Shown piece by piece: positions 37,154 through 46,591 of a DNA stretch of 55,865 nucleotides. Position 1 is the stretch's first letter. Every line of letters starts with the position of its first letter. This stretch comes from a virus (lineage: Duplodnaviria > Caudoviricetes). The translations under genes and the position numbers were made by a program. The notes beneath the pieces were generated by a model. That model searched no databases. It was not told the origin of the DNA and saw nothing but the letters and a program-made list of their open reading frames with translations. The stretch is taken from IMG/VR virus record IMGVR_UViG_3300002026_002321, positions 1 through 55,865 of that record; one strand, written 5' to 3'.

Positions 37154-38650
37154 ATGGCAGACCAATTCCTGCACGGTATTGAACTTATCGAGATTGAAGA
37201 GGGCGGGCGCACGGTGCGCACCGTCAAGTCCTCGGTCATCGGCCTGGTGGGCACCGCGCCCCAAGCCTCCACCGCCCGCACCGCCAGCCTGACCCTGGGC
37301 CAAGGGGCTGCGGCACTGACCTTTGCCGCCAAGGCCCCCGGCGCCCTGGGCAACACCCTGCGCGTCCAGACCCGCGCCGCCACAGAACCCAATGCGCCAC
37401 TGACAGTCAGTCTGGATACCCGCACCCCGGGCAGCACCCTGATTCAGGTGACCCTGGCCACCGATCCCGACGGGGCGCGTATCAGCACCGCTGCTGAAGT
37501 CGCTCAGGCGCTGATGGCAGAACCCAGCATGGCGGCCCTGCTGAACGTGACTGCAGGCGGTGAGGGCTCCGGCGTGGTAGCCGCCACCTTGGGCTCGCGC
37601 GGTCTCGATGGTGGCATGGATGAGCCCTTTGCGTTCAATGTCCCGGTGCTGGTCAATAACCGCCGCCTCGCTGCGCACCTGGGCGAGTCCGGTACCTTGC
37701 CTACAGCTTTGCGCGCCATCGAGGATCAGGCCTCGCCCTTTGTCTATGTGGTGCGTGTGCCGCAAGGGGCGACACCGGATGAGACCCTGAGTGCGGTCAT
37801 CGGCGGGCTCGATCCGGCCACAGGGCAACTCGCCGGGATTGCGGCGCTGCAGGAAACCCGCGCCGAGATGAAGTCGCGCATCCTGATCGCCCCGGGCTTT
37901 AGCCAGCACAAGGCAGTCGCCGATGCGCTGATTGCCGTGGCGAACAAGACCCGGGCGATTGCGGTGATCGATGGTCCCAACACCCATGACGAAGCAGCCA
38001 TCGACTACCGCGCCCAGTTTGGTTCCGACCGCGCCTATGTGGTCGATCCGTGGCTGGTGGTGCGCGCCCGCGATGGCTCGGAGGTGGTTGAGCCGCCATC
38101 TGCTCGCGTGGCCGGGCTGATCGCCCAGTCCGACGAGGATCGGGGCTTCTGGTTCAGCCCGTCCAACCAGGTGGTCACCGGGGTGCTGCGTACCGCGCGC
38201 CCGGTCTCCTGGGCCATCAACGATCCCAACACCCAGGCCAACTACCTCAACGAGTTCTCGGTGGCGACCTTTGTGTCCCACGACGGCATTCGCCTGTGGG
38301 GCAACCGCACCTGCGCGACCGACAGCCGCTGGGCGTTTCTGTCAGTGAGGCGCACCGCCGACATGATCAACGAATCCTTGGTCAAGGCGCATCTGTGGGC
38401 GGTGGACAGGAATATCACCCGCACCTATGTCGAGGAAGTGACCGAGATGGTCAATGCCTATCTGCGCCAGTTGAAGGCCCAGGCGGCGATTCTGGGCGGG
38501 CGCTGCTGGGCCGACCCTGAGCTCAACACCGCGCAGGCCATGGCCGATGGCCGGGTGTATTTCGACTTTGACTTCACTGCCCCGTACCCGGCCGAGCACA
38601 TCGTGTTTCGCTCGCACCTGGTGGGTGACTATCTTGAAGAAATTCTGTAA
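37154..38650 (+). CDS. Contractile tail sheath protein (P2 FI-like)
   Basis: FLHGIE, VIGLVGTAP, GFWFSPSN, RLWGNRT, VRRTAD. Confidence 0.96.
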   Translation: MADQFLHGIELIEIEEGGRTVRTVKSSVIGLVGTAPQASTARTASLTLGQGAAALTFAAKAPGALGNTLRVQTRAATEPNAPLTVSLDTRTPGSTLIQVTLATDPDGARISTAAEVAQALMAEPSMAALLNVTAGGEGSGVVAATLGSRGLDGGMDEPFAFNVPVLVNNRRLAAHLGESGTLPTALRAIEDQASPFVYVVRVPQGATPDETLSAVIGGLDPATGQLAGIAALQETRAEMKSRILIAPGFSQHKAVADALIAVANKTRAIAVIDGPNTHDEAAIDYRAQFGSDRAYVVDPWLVVRARDGSEVVEPPSARVAGLIAQSDEDRGFWFSPSNQVVTGVLRTARPVSWAINDPNTQANYLNEFSVATFVSHDGIRLWGNRTCATDSRWAFLSVRRTADMINESLVKAHLWAVDRNITRTYVEEVTEMVNAYLRQLKAQAAILGGRCWADPELNTAQAMADGRVYFDFDFTAPYPAEHIVFRSHLVGDYLEEIL

Positions 38651-38662
38651 GGAGAGACGACC

Positions 38663-39175
38663 ATGGCGATTGAACTACCGCATGTCCTGAAGAACATGAA
38701 TCTCTTTGTCGATGGGCGCGGCTACGCCGGGCGGGTCGACGAGATCAAGCTGCCCAAACTGACCCTCAAGACCGAGGAGCACCGTGCCGGGGGCATGGAT
38801 ATTCCGGTGGAGATCGAACTGGGGATGGACAAGCTTGAAGCTGAGCTCACGATTTCCGACTTCGATCCAGAGGTCTTCAAGCTCTTTGGGCTGCTGGACT
38901 CCACCCGCACCCAGATCACCCTGCGCGGGGCGATCCAGGCGCAGGGCACGGTGGCCCGGCCGGTGATTGTCAATCTCGCTGGTGGCTGCAGGGAGATCGA
39001 GGCCAGTGCGTGGAAGCCCGGTGACAAGAGCACGCTGACCCTGCAGGTGGCAGCGCACTACTACAAGCTCACCATCGCCGATGAGGAGCTTGTGGAAATC
39101 GATGCCGTGAACCTGGTGCGCAAGGTCGGCGGGGTCGATCAGATGGCGGAGATTCGGGCCGCCATCGGGGTGTGA
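38663..39175 (+). CDS. Tail tube protein (P2 FII-like)
   Basis: LKNMNLFVDG.GY.G......LPKL..K.EE.R.GGMD...YYKL......EID..N. Confidence 0.95.
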   Translation: MAIELPHVLKNMNLFVDGRGYAGRVDEIKLPKLTLKTEEHRAGGMDIPVEIELGMDKLEAELTISDFDPEVFKLFGLLDSTRTQITLRGAIQAQGTVARPVIVNLAGGCREIEASAWKPGDKSTLTLQVAAHYYKLTIADEELVEIDAVNLVRKVGGVDQMAEIRAAIGV

Positions 39176-39471
39176 GTGATACGGTCATAGCGCGGGATGT
39201 GAGAGAGCACATCGCTCAAGCGCTCGCGCACCATCTCGGTATCGTAGTGGGCCTGCAGGGCCAGCCAGCCCTCGGCATCGACGCCAAAGAATGCACCCAG
39301 TCGAGCTGCCGTATCGGCGGTAATCGCCCGGTGGCCCTGCACGATTTCATTGATGCGCCGACGCGGCACATCGATCGCCTTGGCCAGCGCGTACTGGCTG
39401 ATGCCCAGGGGTTCGAGCCAGTCCTTGAGCAGGATGTCACCCGGATGGGCCAGGGGTACTTCGCGTGTCAT
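39139..39471 (-). CDS. higA: HigA antitoxin
   Basis: HPGDIL...WLEPLGISQYALAK.I.V..RRINEIV.G.R.ITADTA.RL..FFG; 3' end overlaps the tube gene by 37 nt. Confidence 0.9.
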   Translation of the reverse strand: MTREVPLAHPGDILLKDWLEPLGISQYALAKAIDVPRRRINEIVQGHRAITADTAARLGAFFGVDAEGWLALQAHYDTEMVRERLSDVLSHIPRYDRITHTPMAARISAI

Positions 39472-39484
39472 GGTGTGTCCTCCA

Positions 39485-39763
39485 TCAGTGGTAATCCACG
39501 ATCTCAACCTGCCAGGCATGGCCTGCCTCCCACACGAAGCACACCCGCCATTGGTCGTTAATGCGAATGCTGTGCTGTCCCGCCCGGTCTCCTGAGAGCG
39601 CTTCCAGGCGGTTGCCCGGAGGCACCCGCAAGAAGTCCAGGTTGGGTGCCGCGTGCAACTGCTGCAGCTTGCGCATCGCCGTCGCTTCAAAGGCCACGAA
39701 ACGGGGAATGCGCTTTCCTGAGAAGAACACGTCCGTATCGCGGCAAGTAAACGACTTGATCAT
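39485..39763 (-). CDS. higB: HigB toxin
   Basis: MIKSF...LRVPPGNRLEALSGDR.GQHSIRINDQWR.CF.W......VEIVDYH. Confidence 0.93.
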   Translation of the reverse strand: MIKSFTCRDTDVFFSGKRIPRFVAFEATAMRKLQQLHAAPNLDFLRVPPGNRLEALSGDRAGQHSIRINDQWRVCFVWEAGHAWQVEIVDYH

Positions 39764-39769
39764 CGTCCA

Positions 39770-39798
39770 ATAGTAACGTTAAAGGTTACGCATGTCAA
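39770..39798 (-). promoter_or_regulatory. Sigma70 promoter of third higBA with operator palindrome
   Basis: Minus strand TTGACA-17 bp-TACTAT; GTAAC...GTTAC inverted repeat overlapping it. Confidence 0.75.
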
Positions 39799-39811
39799 AA
39801 AGGAGTTTTCC

Positions 39812-40063
39812 ATGAAACACATTGCCGAACGCATCACGCTGAGTTTTCCGATTGAGCACGACGGCCTGCCGATCAAGGAGATCGCCCTGCGCCGTCCCAC
39901 CGTGGGCGACCACCTGGCGGCACAGAAATCTGCTGGTAGCGACGCTGAGCGCGAAATCCGGCTGATCGCCAATCTGGCTGAGCTGCCGCCAGCAGCCATC
40001 CACCAGTTGGACATGAAGGACTACGCCCAACTGCAGAAGGTGCTGGGTGGTTTTTTGCAGTGA
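39812..40063 (+). CDS. Tail assembly chaperone (P2 gpE-like)
   Basis: AAGGAG RBS; I.LRRP.VGD...L.ANL......I..LD..DY; ends GGFLQ. Confidence 0.9.
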   Translation: MKHIAERITLSFPIEHDGLPIKEIALRRPTVGDHLAAQKSAGSDAEREIRLIANLAELPPAAIHQLDMKDYAQLQKVLGGFLQ

Positions 40064-40209
40064 ATCCGGGCGAGCTGTCCGCCCTCGTGGTGGAACTGGC
40101 CCTCTACACCCACTGGCCCCGGTCCGAGTTGCTTGCCCTGCAGGTGAGTGAGTTGGTCGAGGCCTTGTCATTGGCGCGGTGTTTGTCATCGGCCACGGCC
40201 ATCACGTGA
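40051..40209 (+). CDS. -1 frameshift extension of tail chaperone (gpE+E')
   Basis: TTTTTTG at 40051-40057; -1 frame reads ...LALYTHWPRSELLAL..SEL... to TGA 40207-40209. Confidence 0.8.
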   Translation, partial: FFAVNPGELSALVVELALYTHWPRSELLALQVSELVEALSLARCLSSATAIT

Positions 40210-40243
40210 TGTTCCCTGATTTTGTTTCACCCAGAGGTACGCC

Positions 40244-43200
40244 ATGGCCACAGCCCATCCGGTTCAGATCAGCATCGGTGCCACCCTGGCGGCTTCCCTG
40301 GGCTCGGCTGTGCGCGGTGCCCAGGCGCAGTTGAACCAGTTGGGTTCGACCATGGTCGAACTCGGCAACAAGCAGTCGGGCATCAAGCAACTGGAGAACT
40401 TGAGATCACAGGCCAAGGATGCGGCACTGGCCATGCGGGCCTCCCAACGAAAGGTCACCGGCCTGGAAGCCAACATCGCCAACCAGGGCGGTGAGCCCAC
40501 AGCCAAACAGACCAAGGAACTCGAACGCGCCCGCGCGGCAGCCACCCGGGCTGAAGAAGCCTACCAGCGTCAGCGCGCTGCGGTGGATGAACTCTCGACC
40601 TCCTTGACCCGCGCCGGCGTCAACACCCGCGCCATGGGTGCGGAGTCCGCGCGGCTAGGCAGCCAGTTGGAAACCCTGCGGTCTCGCACCGAAGCCTTGA
40701 GTCGTGCCCAGCAGGCCCAGGCCCGCAATCTGGAGAACCGCAGCGCCTACCGCGCCCAGATGATGGATGCGGTGGCCTTGGGTGGCGCGCTCTACGGCCT
40801 GGTGCAGCCGGCGGTGCAGTTCGAGTCGGTCATGGCCGACGTCAAGAAGGTGGTGAACTTCGACACGCCGCAGCAGTTTGGGCAGATGTCCAAAGAGGTG
40901 CTCTTGATGTCCACCCGCATCCCGATGGCGGCCGACGGCATTGGGGCCATCGTCGCCGCTGCGGGTCAGGCCGGTATCGCCCGCGAAGAACTGCTGCGCT
41001 TTGCCGAGGACGCCGCCAAGATGGGCGTGGCCTTCGATCTGTCGGGTCAGCAGGCAGGCGCTGCGATGACCGGCTTGCGCTCCATCTTTGGGCTGACGCA
41101 AGACGGTGTGGTGAGCCTGGGAGACGCCATCAACCATCTGTCCAACAACATGGATGCCAGGGCGTCTGATCTGCTCAACATCGCCAACCGCGCCGGCTCG
41201 ACGGCGAAGCTCTTCGGCCTGTCTGGCGCACAACTCAATGCGCTGGGCGCCACCTTCCTGGCACTCAAGACGCCGCCCGAAGTGGCTGCCACCGGTATCA
41301 ATGCGCTGTTGATGAAGCTCGCCACCGCCGACAAGCAGAACGAGAAGTTCCAGCAGGGCTTGCAGAACATCGGTCTCTCAGCCGAGGTCATGAAGCAGAT
41401 GATCGGCCGAGATGCCCAGGGGGCGCTCACGACCTTCCTGCAGCAGGTGAAGAAGGCGCCCGACCTGATGGGTACGCTCTCAGACCTCTTCGGCATGGAG
41501 TACGCCGACGACATCGCCAAGCTGGTGGGCTCGATGGACACCTACGAGAAGGCGGTTGGGCTGGTGGGCGATCAGACTGCCTACGCCGGCTCGATGCAGG
41601 CTGAGTACGAAGCCCGCTCGGCCACGACGGCCAACAACCTGCAATTGCTCAAAAACCGGATGAGCCGGCTCGGGATCACGGTGGGCAATGCGCTGCTGCC
41701 GGCCTTGAACAGTCTGGTCGGGGCGCTGATGGGCCCCATCGACAGTCTGGCCAACCTGGCAGAGCGCTTTCCCGTCGTCACCCAGGTGGTGATGGGTACC
41801 GTCGGTGCGGTGCTGGGTTTGAAGGTGGCCACCATTGCGCTGGGTTACGCCTGGACCTTTGTGAAGGGGCCGATTCTTGCGGCCAATACGGCATTCCAAT
41901 CCGCCCGGGCGGGTTTGGCGCTGTTGCAAGTGCAGGCGGCGGCCACCGGAACCAGTGCCGGCATTCTGTCGATGGCTTGGACCCGCATTCAGACCGGCGC
42001 GCTCGGCCTTGTCACTCCGATCAAGTCGGCAGCGCTGGCTTTCTGGGCCATGCTGCCTGCCATTGGTGCAACGACTGCCGCGCTTCTGGCCAACCCGATC
42101 ACCTGGATCGTCGCTGGCATTGGTGCAGCGGTGGTGGGTCTGGCCCTGGTGATCCGCAAATACTGGGACCCTATTGCAGCCTATGTCGGCGGCGTGTTCC
42201 AAGGCATTCGAGCCACAGTGCAGCCGGCCATCACCAGCTTGACCACGGCACTGGCCCCGCTGGCGCCCATCGGCCAAGCGATGGCTGCGGTGTTCAGGTT
42301 CGTGGGGGAAGCGATCAGCGGTCTGGTTGGCTGGGTCGGGCAGTTGCTCGCGCCAGTAACCCTGACACAGGACGAGTTTGCCGCGTTGTCCGCATCCGGG
42401 CAGTCGCTGGGAACTGTGATTGGCAGCGTGTTGAGTGCCGCCTTCACTGCACTAACCTTCCCGATTCGGGCTGTCGGCACGCTGGTGGGCTGGGTGATGG
42501 AGGGGTTTCGGATGCTCGCTGCCTTCTCGCCCTTGGCCGCAATGCAAGTCGGCTGGCAGCCGGTCTCCGGGTTCTTCGGTAGCCTGTGGGCCAGCGTAGT
42601 CAGTGGCGCGCAGTCAGCCTGGCAGCAACTGTCCACGGCGCTGGGCTCGCCCAGCCCACTGCAGGCGCTACAGTCTGTTTTGGGTTCCATGCTCAGTGCG
42701 CTGGGCAGCCTGCCCGGCCAATTCATGGCGCTGGGCAGCGCGATGTTGCAAGGTCTGGCGCAGGGCGTGCGCAATGCCGCGCAGCAAGCGGTCGCAGCGG
42801 TTGGGGAAGTTGCCGCCGGGGTGCGTGATCGCTTCAAGGCGATGCTGGGCATCAACAGTCCCTCGCGGGTGTTTGCTACGCTGGGCACTGCGCTGTCCCT
42901 GGGCCTGGCGCAAGGGGTGGCAGCAGCGGGTCCGGCGGTGGTGAGTGAAGTCGGGCAACTGGCGCAGTCGCTGCAGTCAGTGCCGTTCTCGCTGGCTGCG
43001 CCCGGGGTGGCTCAACCCGGATTGCGGTTACCGTCACCGGATCGGCCGTCATTGGGCTTGGCGCTGCCAGCGCCTGCGATCGATGGGCCTGCGTCAGTTC
43101 TGCGACCGGCATGGGAAGACGCGCCAGCCGCGCAAGTGCAGCCAGCCAAAGGTGGACACGGTGATGTCAGGATGCCAGGGCGCGTTCAGTCTGTCCCGGC

Positions 43201-43411
43201 CCGCGAACTGCCGCCTATTGCGCCATCAGCCCCGGCTTCCTCGACTGTTTCAAATGCCCCGGGCGCACCCACGATCCACTTCGCCCCGCAGATCACCATC
43301 CACGCGCCAGCGCTCAGTGACCCGCAAGCCCTGGCCGATCTGCTCGACAGTCGGCTGCGCAGCCTGATCAGGGAGTCCTTGCGCGGCTCCAGTGCCGCCC
43401 TTCATGACTGA
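40244..43411 (+). CDS. Tail tape measure protein (TP901-family core)
   Basis: AVQFESVMADVKKV; Ala-rich helical; NPITW; LGINSPSRVF. Confidence 0.95.
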   Translation: MATAHPVQISIGATLAASLGSAVRGAQAQLNQLGSTMVELGNKQSGIKQLENLRSQAKDAALAMRASQRKVTGLEANIANQGGEPTAKQTKELERARAAATRAEEAYQRQRAAVDELSTSLTRAGVNTRAMGAESARLGSQLETLRSRTEALSRAQQAQARNLENRSAYRAQMMDAVALGGALYGLVQPAVQFESVMADVKKVVNFDTPQQFGQMSKEVLLMSTRIPMAADGIGAIVAAAGQAGIAREELLRFAEDAAKMGVAFDLSGQQAGAAMTGLRSIFGLTQDGVVSLGDAINHLSNNMDARASDLLNIANRAGSTAKLFGLSGAQLNALGATFLALKTPPEVAATGINALLMKLATADKQNEKFQQGLQNIGLSAEVMKQMIGRDAQGALTTFLQQVKKAPDLMGTLSDLFGMEYADDIAKLVGSMDTYEKAVGLVGDQTAYAGSMQAEYEARSATTANNLQLLKNRMSRLGITVGNALLPALNSLVGALMGPIDSLANLAERFPVVTQVVMGTVGAVLGLKVATIALGYAWTFVKGPILAANTAFQSARAGLALLQVQAAATGTSAGILSMAWTRIQTGALGLVTPIKSAALAFWAMLPAIGATTAALLANPITWIVAGIGAAVVGLALVIRKYWDPIAAYVGGVFQGIRATVQPAITSLTTALAPLAPIGQAMAAVFRFVGEAISGLVGWVGQLLAPVTLTQDEFAALSASGQSLGTVIGSVLSAAFTALTFPIRAVGTLVGWVMEGFRMLAAFSPLAAMQVGWQPVSGFFGSLWASVVSGAQSAWQQLSTALGSPSPLQALQSVLGSMLSALGSLPGQFMALGSAMLQGLAQGVRNAAQQAVAAVGEVAAGVRDRFKAMLGINSPSRVFATLGTALSLGLAQGVAAAGPAVVSEVGQLAQSLQSVPFSLAAPGVAQPGLRLPSPDRPSLGLALPAPAIDGPASVLRPAWEDAPAAQVQPAKGGHGDVRMPGRVQSVPARELPPIAPSAPASSTVSNAPGAPTIHFAPQITIHAPALSDPQALADLLDSRLRSLIRESLRGSSAALHD

Positions 43412-43462
43412 TCACGACAGGTCGTCATTGCTGAGTTCCACTTTATATTTCTGAGGTTGGCC

Positions 43463-44362
43463 ATGGCCGAGCGCGTGATGTTGGCCCTGGGGCCGTTTCG
43501 ATTCGAGATGGGGCAGGCCACCTACCAGAGCCTGGCCATGAGCCAGTCCTGGCGCTGGAGCGAGCAGGCGCGCCTCAATCGTGAACCCGCGCTGCAGTTC
43601 ACCGGGCGCGAGCCCGCCGAGATTCGCCTGCAAGGGGTGTTGTTTCCTGGCTTTGATGCGGGTCTCGCGCAGGTGGAAGCCATGCGCGAACTGGCCGACC
43701 GGGGCGAGCCTTTGCAACTGGTCGATGGCCTGGGGCGAGTCTGGGGCTCCTGGGTGATTGTCGAAGTCGGTGACACCCGCAGTGTGCTGATGGACGACGG
43801 CCAGCCCCGGCGGGTCAGCTTTGAGGTCAAGCTCAAGGCCTACGGCGAAGATGAGACCATCACCGACTACTCGGGCGGCTGGAGTCCGTTTGCGGTGCTC
43901 TCGGTGATTGATTCAGTGCTCACCGACCCGGTGGGCGCGCTCGACGACCTGTTGGGCTCATTGCCTTCCCTGCTGGGCGATCTGGACACTGCAAGCGAGA
44001 TCAGTGCAGTGGCCTCCGTTCACACTGCCCTGAAGGAGTTGCTCTCAACCTTCAGCACCAGCCTCAATGGCCTGCACAGCGAACTGATGTCGGATGGACT
44101 GACGATTGACACTGTCGATCCCCTGGTCCAGCAGGTGATCACGGCAAGCATCGCAGCGCTGACATTAGCCAGCGCCCTGGATGCGCAAATCACCGCCTTG
44201 CTCACCGGGATCGATGCGCTGTGGACCACTGCCAGCCAGATTCAGGCGCGCACCGACCCGGTGCTGTACAGCCAGAGCCACAGCGAAATCGCCGGCGAGC
44301 TCGTCACCTTGCTGGAAAAAACCCACACCGCCCTGGCCGGGTTGCAGGAGGCCTTGCCATGA
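43463..44362 (+). CDS. P2 gpU-like tail protein with long C-terminal extension
   Basis: MLALG.F.F....YQ.L.....W.W..Q.R....PALQFTG...I.L.G; ~170 extra residues. Confidence 0.85.
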   Translation: MAERVMLALGPFRFEMGQATYQSLAMSQSWRWSEQARLNREPALQFTGREPAEIRLQGVLFPGFDAGLAQVEAMRELADRGEPLQLVDGLGRVWGSWVIVEVGDTRSVLMDDGQPRRVSFEVKLKAYGEDETITDYSGGWSPFAVLSVIDSVLTDPVGALDDLLGSLPSLLGDLDTASEISAVASVHTALKELLSTFSTSLNGLHSELMSDGLTIDTVDPLVQQVITASIAALTLASALDAQITALLTGIDALWTTASQIQARTDPVLYSQSHSEIAGELVTLLEKTHTALAGLQEALP

Positions 44363-44595
44363 CCAGCCAGAAGTTTGACACCCAGGTGCTGACCGCTCGC
44401 GAGGGCGAAATGCTCGATGCGCTGGTCTGGCGGCACTATGGGCGCCTCGATGTCCTGCCCCTGGTGCTGGACGCCAACCGGCAACTGGCACGACTGCCAG
44501 TCACCCAGATGCTGCGCATGCCTGCAGGCACGCCTGTGCTGATGCCCGCGCTCAACGACCAGCCGGTGCTGCCGCTGGTGCGCATCTGGTCATGA
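44359..44595 (+). CDS. P2 gpX-like tail protein
   Basis: GEMLDALVWRHYG......VL.AN..L...PAG..V..P....VRIW. Confidence 0.85.
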   Translation: MTSQKFDTQVLTAREGEMLDALVWRHYGRLDVLPLVLDANRQLARLPVTQMLRMPAGTPVLMPALNDQPVLPLVRIWS

Positions 44596-44635
44596 AGGCT
44601 GGAAGATGGAAGATAAAACAGGAGGGAGATAGACC

Positions 44636-45718
44636 ATGCAACCCACCTTCCTGATCCTGGCAGATAGCACCGACATCACCCGCGCCGTGGCCGACCGGCT
44701 GCTGAATCTGGTGGTCACTGATGAAGCCGGGTTGTCCTCCGACACCCTGCGCCTGACCCTGGATGACCGCCGCAGGGCCGATGGTGCCATTGCCCAGTTG
44801 CCCAAGATTGGCACGGTGCTCGAAGTCTCGCTGTCCTATGCTGGCCGATCCTGGGTGGCGATGGGCCAATTCATCGTCGATGAGATCGAGATTCGCTCAC
44901 CCCCCGCGACGCTGTCGGTCTCAGCCAAGGCAGCGGACATGGTCGGGCCGTTTCGCAGTCCCAAGACCCGGTCATGGGAGGCGACGACACTCGGGGCCTT
45001 GGTTGAGGCCATCGCCTCCGAGCACCGCTATGAAGCCAAGATCGATTCCGAGCTCGGTGCCATCGCCATCCCGCATCTGGACCAGACCGCCGAGTCGGAC
45101 ATGGCGCTGTTGACCCGTCTGGCCACCAGGCACGATGCGGTGGCCAAACCGGTGGCGGGTTTCCTGGTGCTGGCCAGACAGGGCGCGGCCAAGACCATCA
45201 CCGGTCAGGTGCTGCCGACGCTGAGTCTGGAGCCCGAACAACTGACGCAGTGGCGCTACCAGCACAGTGCCCGCAAACCGGCTGGCACCGGCAGCGCGCA
45301 AGGTGAGGATGGCCAGTCAGCCCCGCAGGTCAGCACCGGTGGCGCACGCGCGTACTGGTGGGACTTCGAGAAAGGCGTGCGCCAAGAAGTCACCACCGGA
45401 TCGCCGCCGTTTGAGGACATCCGCTATGTCCATGCCACTGAGTCTGAAGCCAAGGCCGCAGCGGCCACGCGCAAGAACAACGGCGAACGAGGGCAGGGCG
45501 AACTCAGTTTCAGCCTGCCGGGTGATCCAAGGTTGGCAGCCGAAGGACGGCTGTCGATCTCGCTGCGTCCCGGCATCCCCAGCGACTGGCGCATCAAGCG
45601 GGTTGAGCACCGCCTGGGCAACCAGGGCTACACCACACAAGTGGAGTGCGAGCGCTTCACGGCGTCACCCGTGCCCGTGACCCCCACCCCCAACGAACTC
45701 AGCGAACCCAACGAATAA
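44636..45718 (+). CDS. Baseplate hub / late control D protein
   Basis: D..G..SD.L.L.LDD, MG.F.VDE, DQT.ESD..LL.RL. Confidence 0.92.
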   Translation: MQPTFLILADSTDITRAVADRLLNLVVTDEAGLSSDTLRLTLDDRRRADGAIAQLPKIGTVLEVSLSYAGRSWVAMGQFIVDEIEIRSPPATLSVSAKAADMVGPFRSPKTRSWEATTLGALVEAIASEHRYEAKIDSELGAIAIPHLDQTAESDMALLTRLATRHDAVAKPVAGFLVLARQGAAKTITGQVLPTLSLEPEQLTQWRYQHSARKPAGTGSAQGEDGQSAPQVSTGGARAYWWDFEKGVRQEVTTGSPPFEDIRYVHATESEAKAAAATRKNNGERGQGELSFSLPGDPRLAAEGRLSISLRPGIPSDWRIKRVEHRLGNQGYTTQVECERFTASPVPVTPTPNELSEPNE

Positions 45719-45728
45719 GGAGAACCCC

Positions 45729-46058
45729 ATGCCAGACAAAGACCCTACCACCTACGGCCTGATCACCTACCTGTGGGTGACGGGGCTGGCTGCCTGGGGC
45801 GGACTGGTGAGCTTTTACCGCAAGGTCAAATCTGGCGAGACCCGGGCTTTCAACGTGGTGGAGCTCATTGGCGAGATTGCCACCTCGGCGTTTGCCGGTC
45901 TGATCACCTTCTGGTTGTGCGAGGCCGCGCAGATCGACCCCCTGGTTACCGCAGCCCTGGTGGGTATCTCCGGCCACATGGGCAGCCAGGCCCTGTATCA
46001 GTTTGAGCGCTGGGCGCAGGCCCGCCTGGACAAAGTCAATCTCAAGGAGCGGCCATGA
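45729..46058 (+). CDS. Holin (LydA-like)
   Basis: Three hydrophobic segments, WGG.V.F, S.FAG, G.SGHMG; precedes endolysin. Confidence 0.8.
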   Translation: MPDKDPTTYGLITYLWVTGLAAWGGLVSFYRKVKSGETRAFNVVELIGEIATSAFAGLITFWLCEAAQIDPLVTAALVGISGHMGSQALYQFERWAQARLDKVNLKERP

Positions 46059-46591
46059 ATGCTACGGACACCACGGACACGATGGACACCATCCTCGATG
46101 ACATCCTGCGCCGCGAGGGCGGCTATGTGAATCACCCCGCTGACCGGGGCGGACCCACGAACTTTGGCATCACCGCGCAGACGCTGGGTGACTGGCGCAA
46201 GCTGGGTCGAGCGGCCACAGCCGCTGAGGTCATGGCACTGGCCGAAACCGAGGCGCGTGCCATCTACCGCCAGCAGTACATCACTGGCCCAGGCTTTGAG
46301 GCCATCACGCATCCAGCGCTGCTGCATCTGCTGGTGGACGCTGCCGTGCATTCGGGCCCCAAGCGGGCGGTGCAGTGGTTGCAGGCAGCGCTGGGCGTTT
46401 CCGCAGATGGGGTGATCGGTCCCCAGACCCATGCAGCACTCGCTGCCGCTGACCAAGGTGTGCTCTACGGCAAGGTACTGGGCCAGCGTCTGCGCCACCT
46501 CGGACGGTTGATCACCAACGACCCCAAGCAGTCGGCGTTCGCGGCTGGCTGGATGAACCGGATGGCTGAATTCGTGGAGGACGCGGTATGA
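46055..46591 (+). CDS. Endolysin, GH108 with peptidoglycan-binding domain
   Basis: EGGYVNHPADRGGPTNFGIT; DGVIGP.T; GWMNR. Confidence 0.93.
   Translation: MNATDTTDTMDTILDDILRREGGYVNHPADRGGPTNFGITAQTLGDWRKLGRAATAAEVMALAETEARAIYRQQYITGPGFEAITHPALLHLLVDAAVHSGPKRAVQWLQAALGVSADGVIGPQTHAALAAADQGVLYGKVLGQRLRHLGRLITNDPKQSAFAAGWMNRMAEFVEDAV

Noticed and set aside
25666-45718. Tailocin, eCIS or T6SS suggested by PAAR, sheath and tube
   Set aside because: Terminase, portal, capsid and cos are all present, so this is a phage tail.
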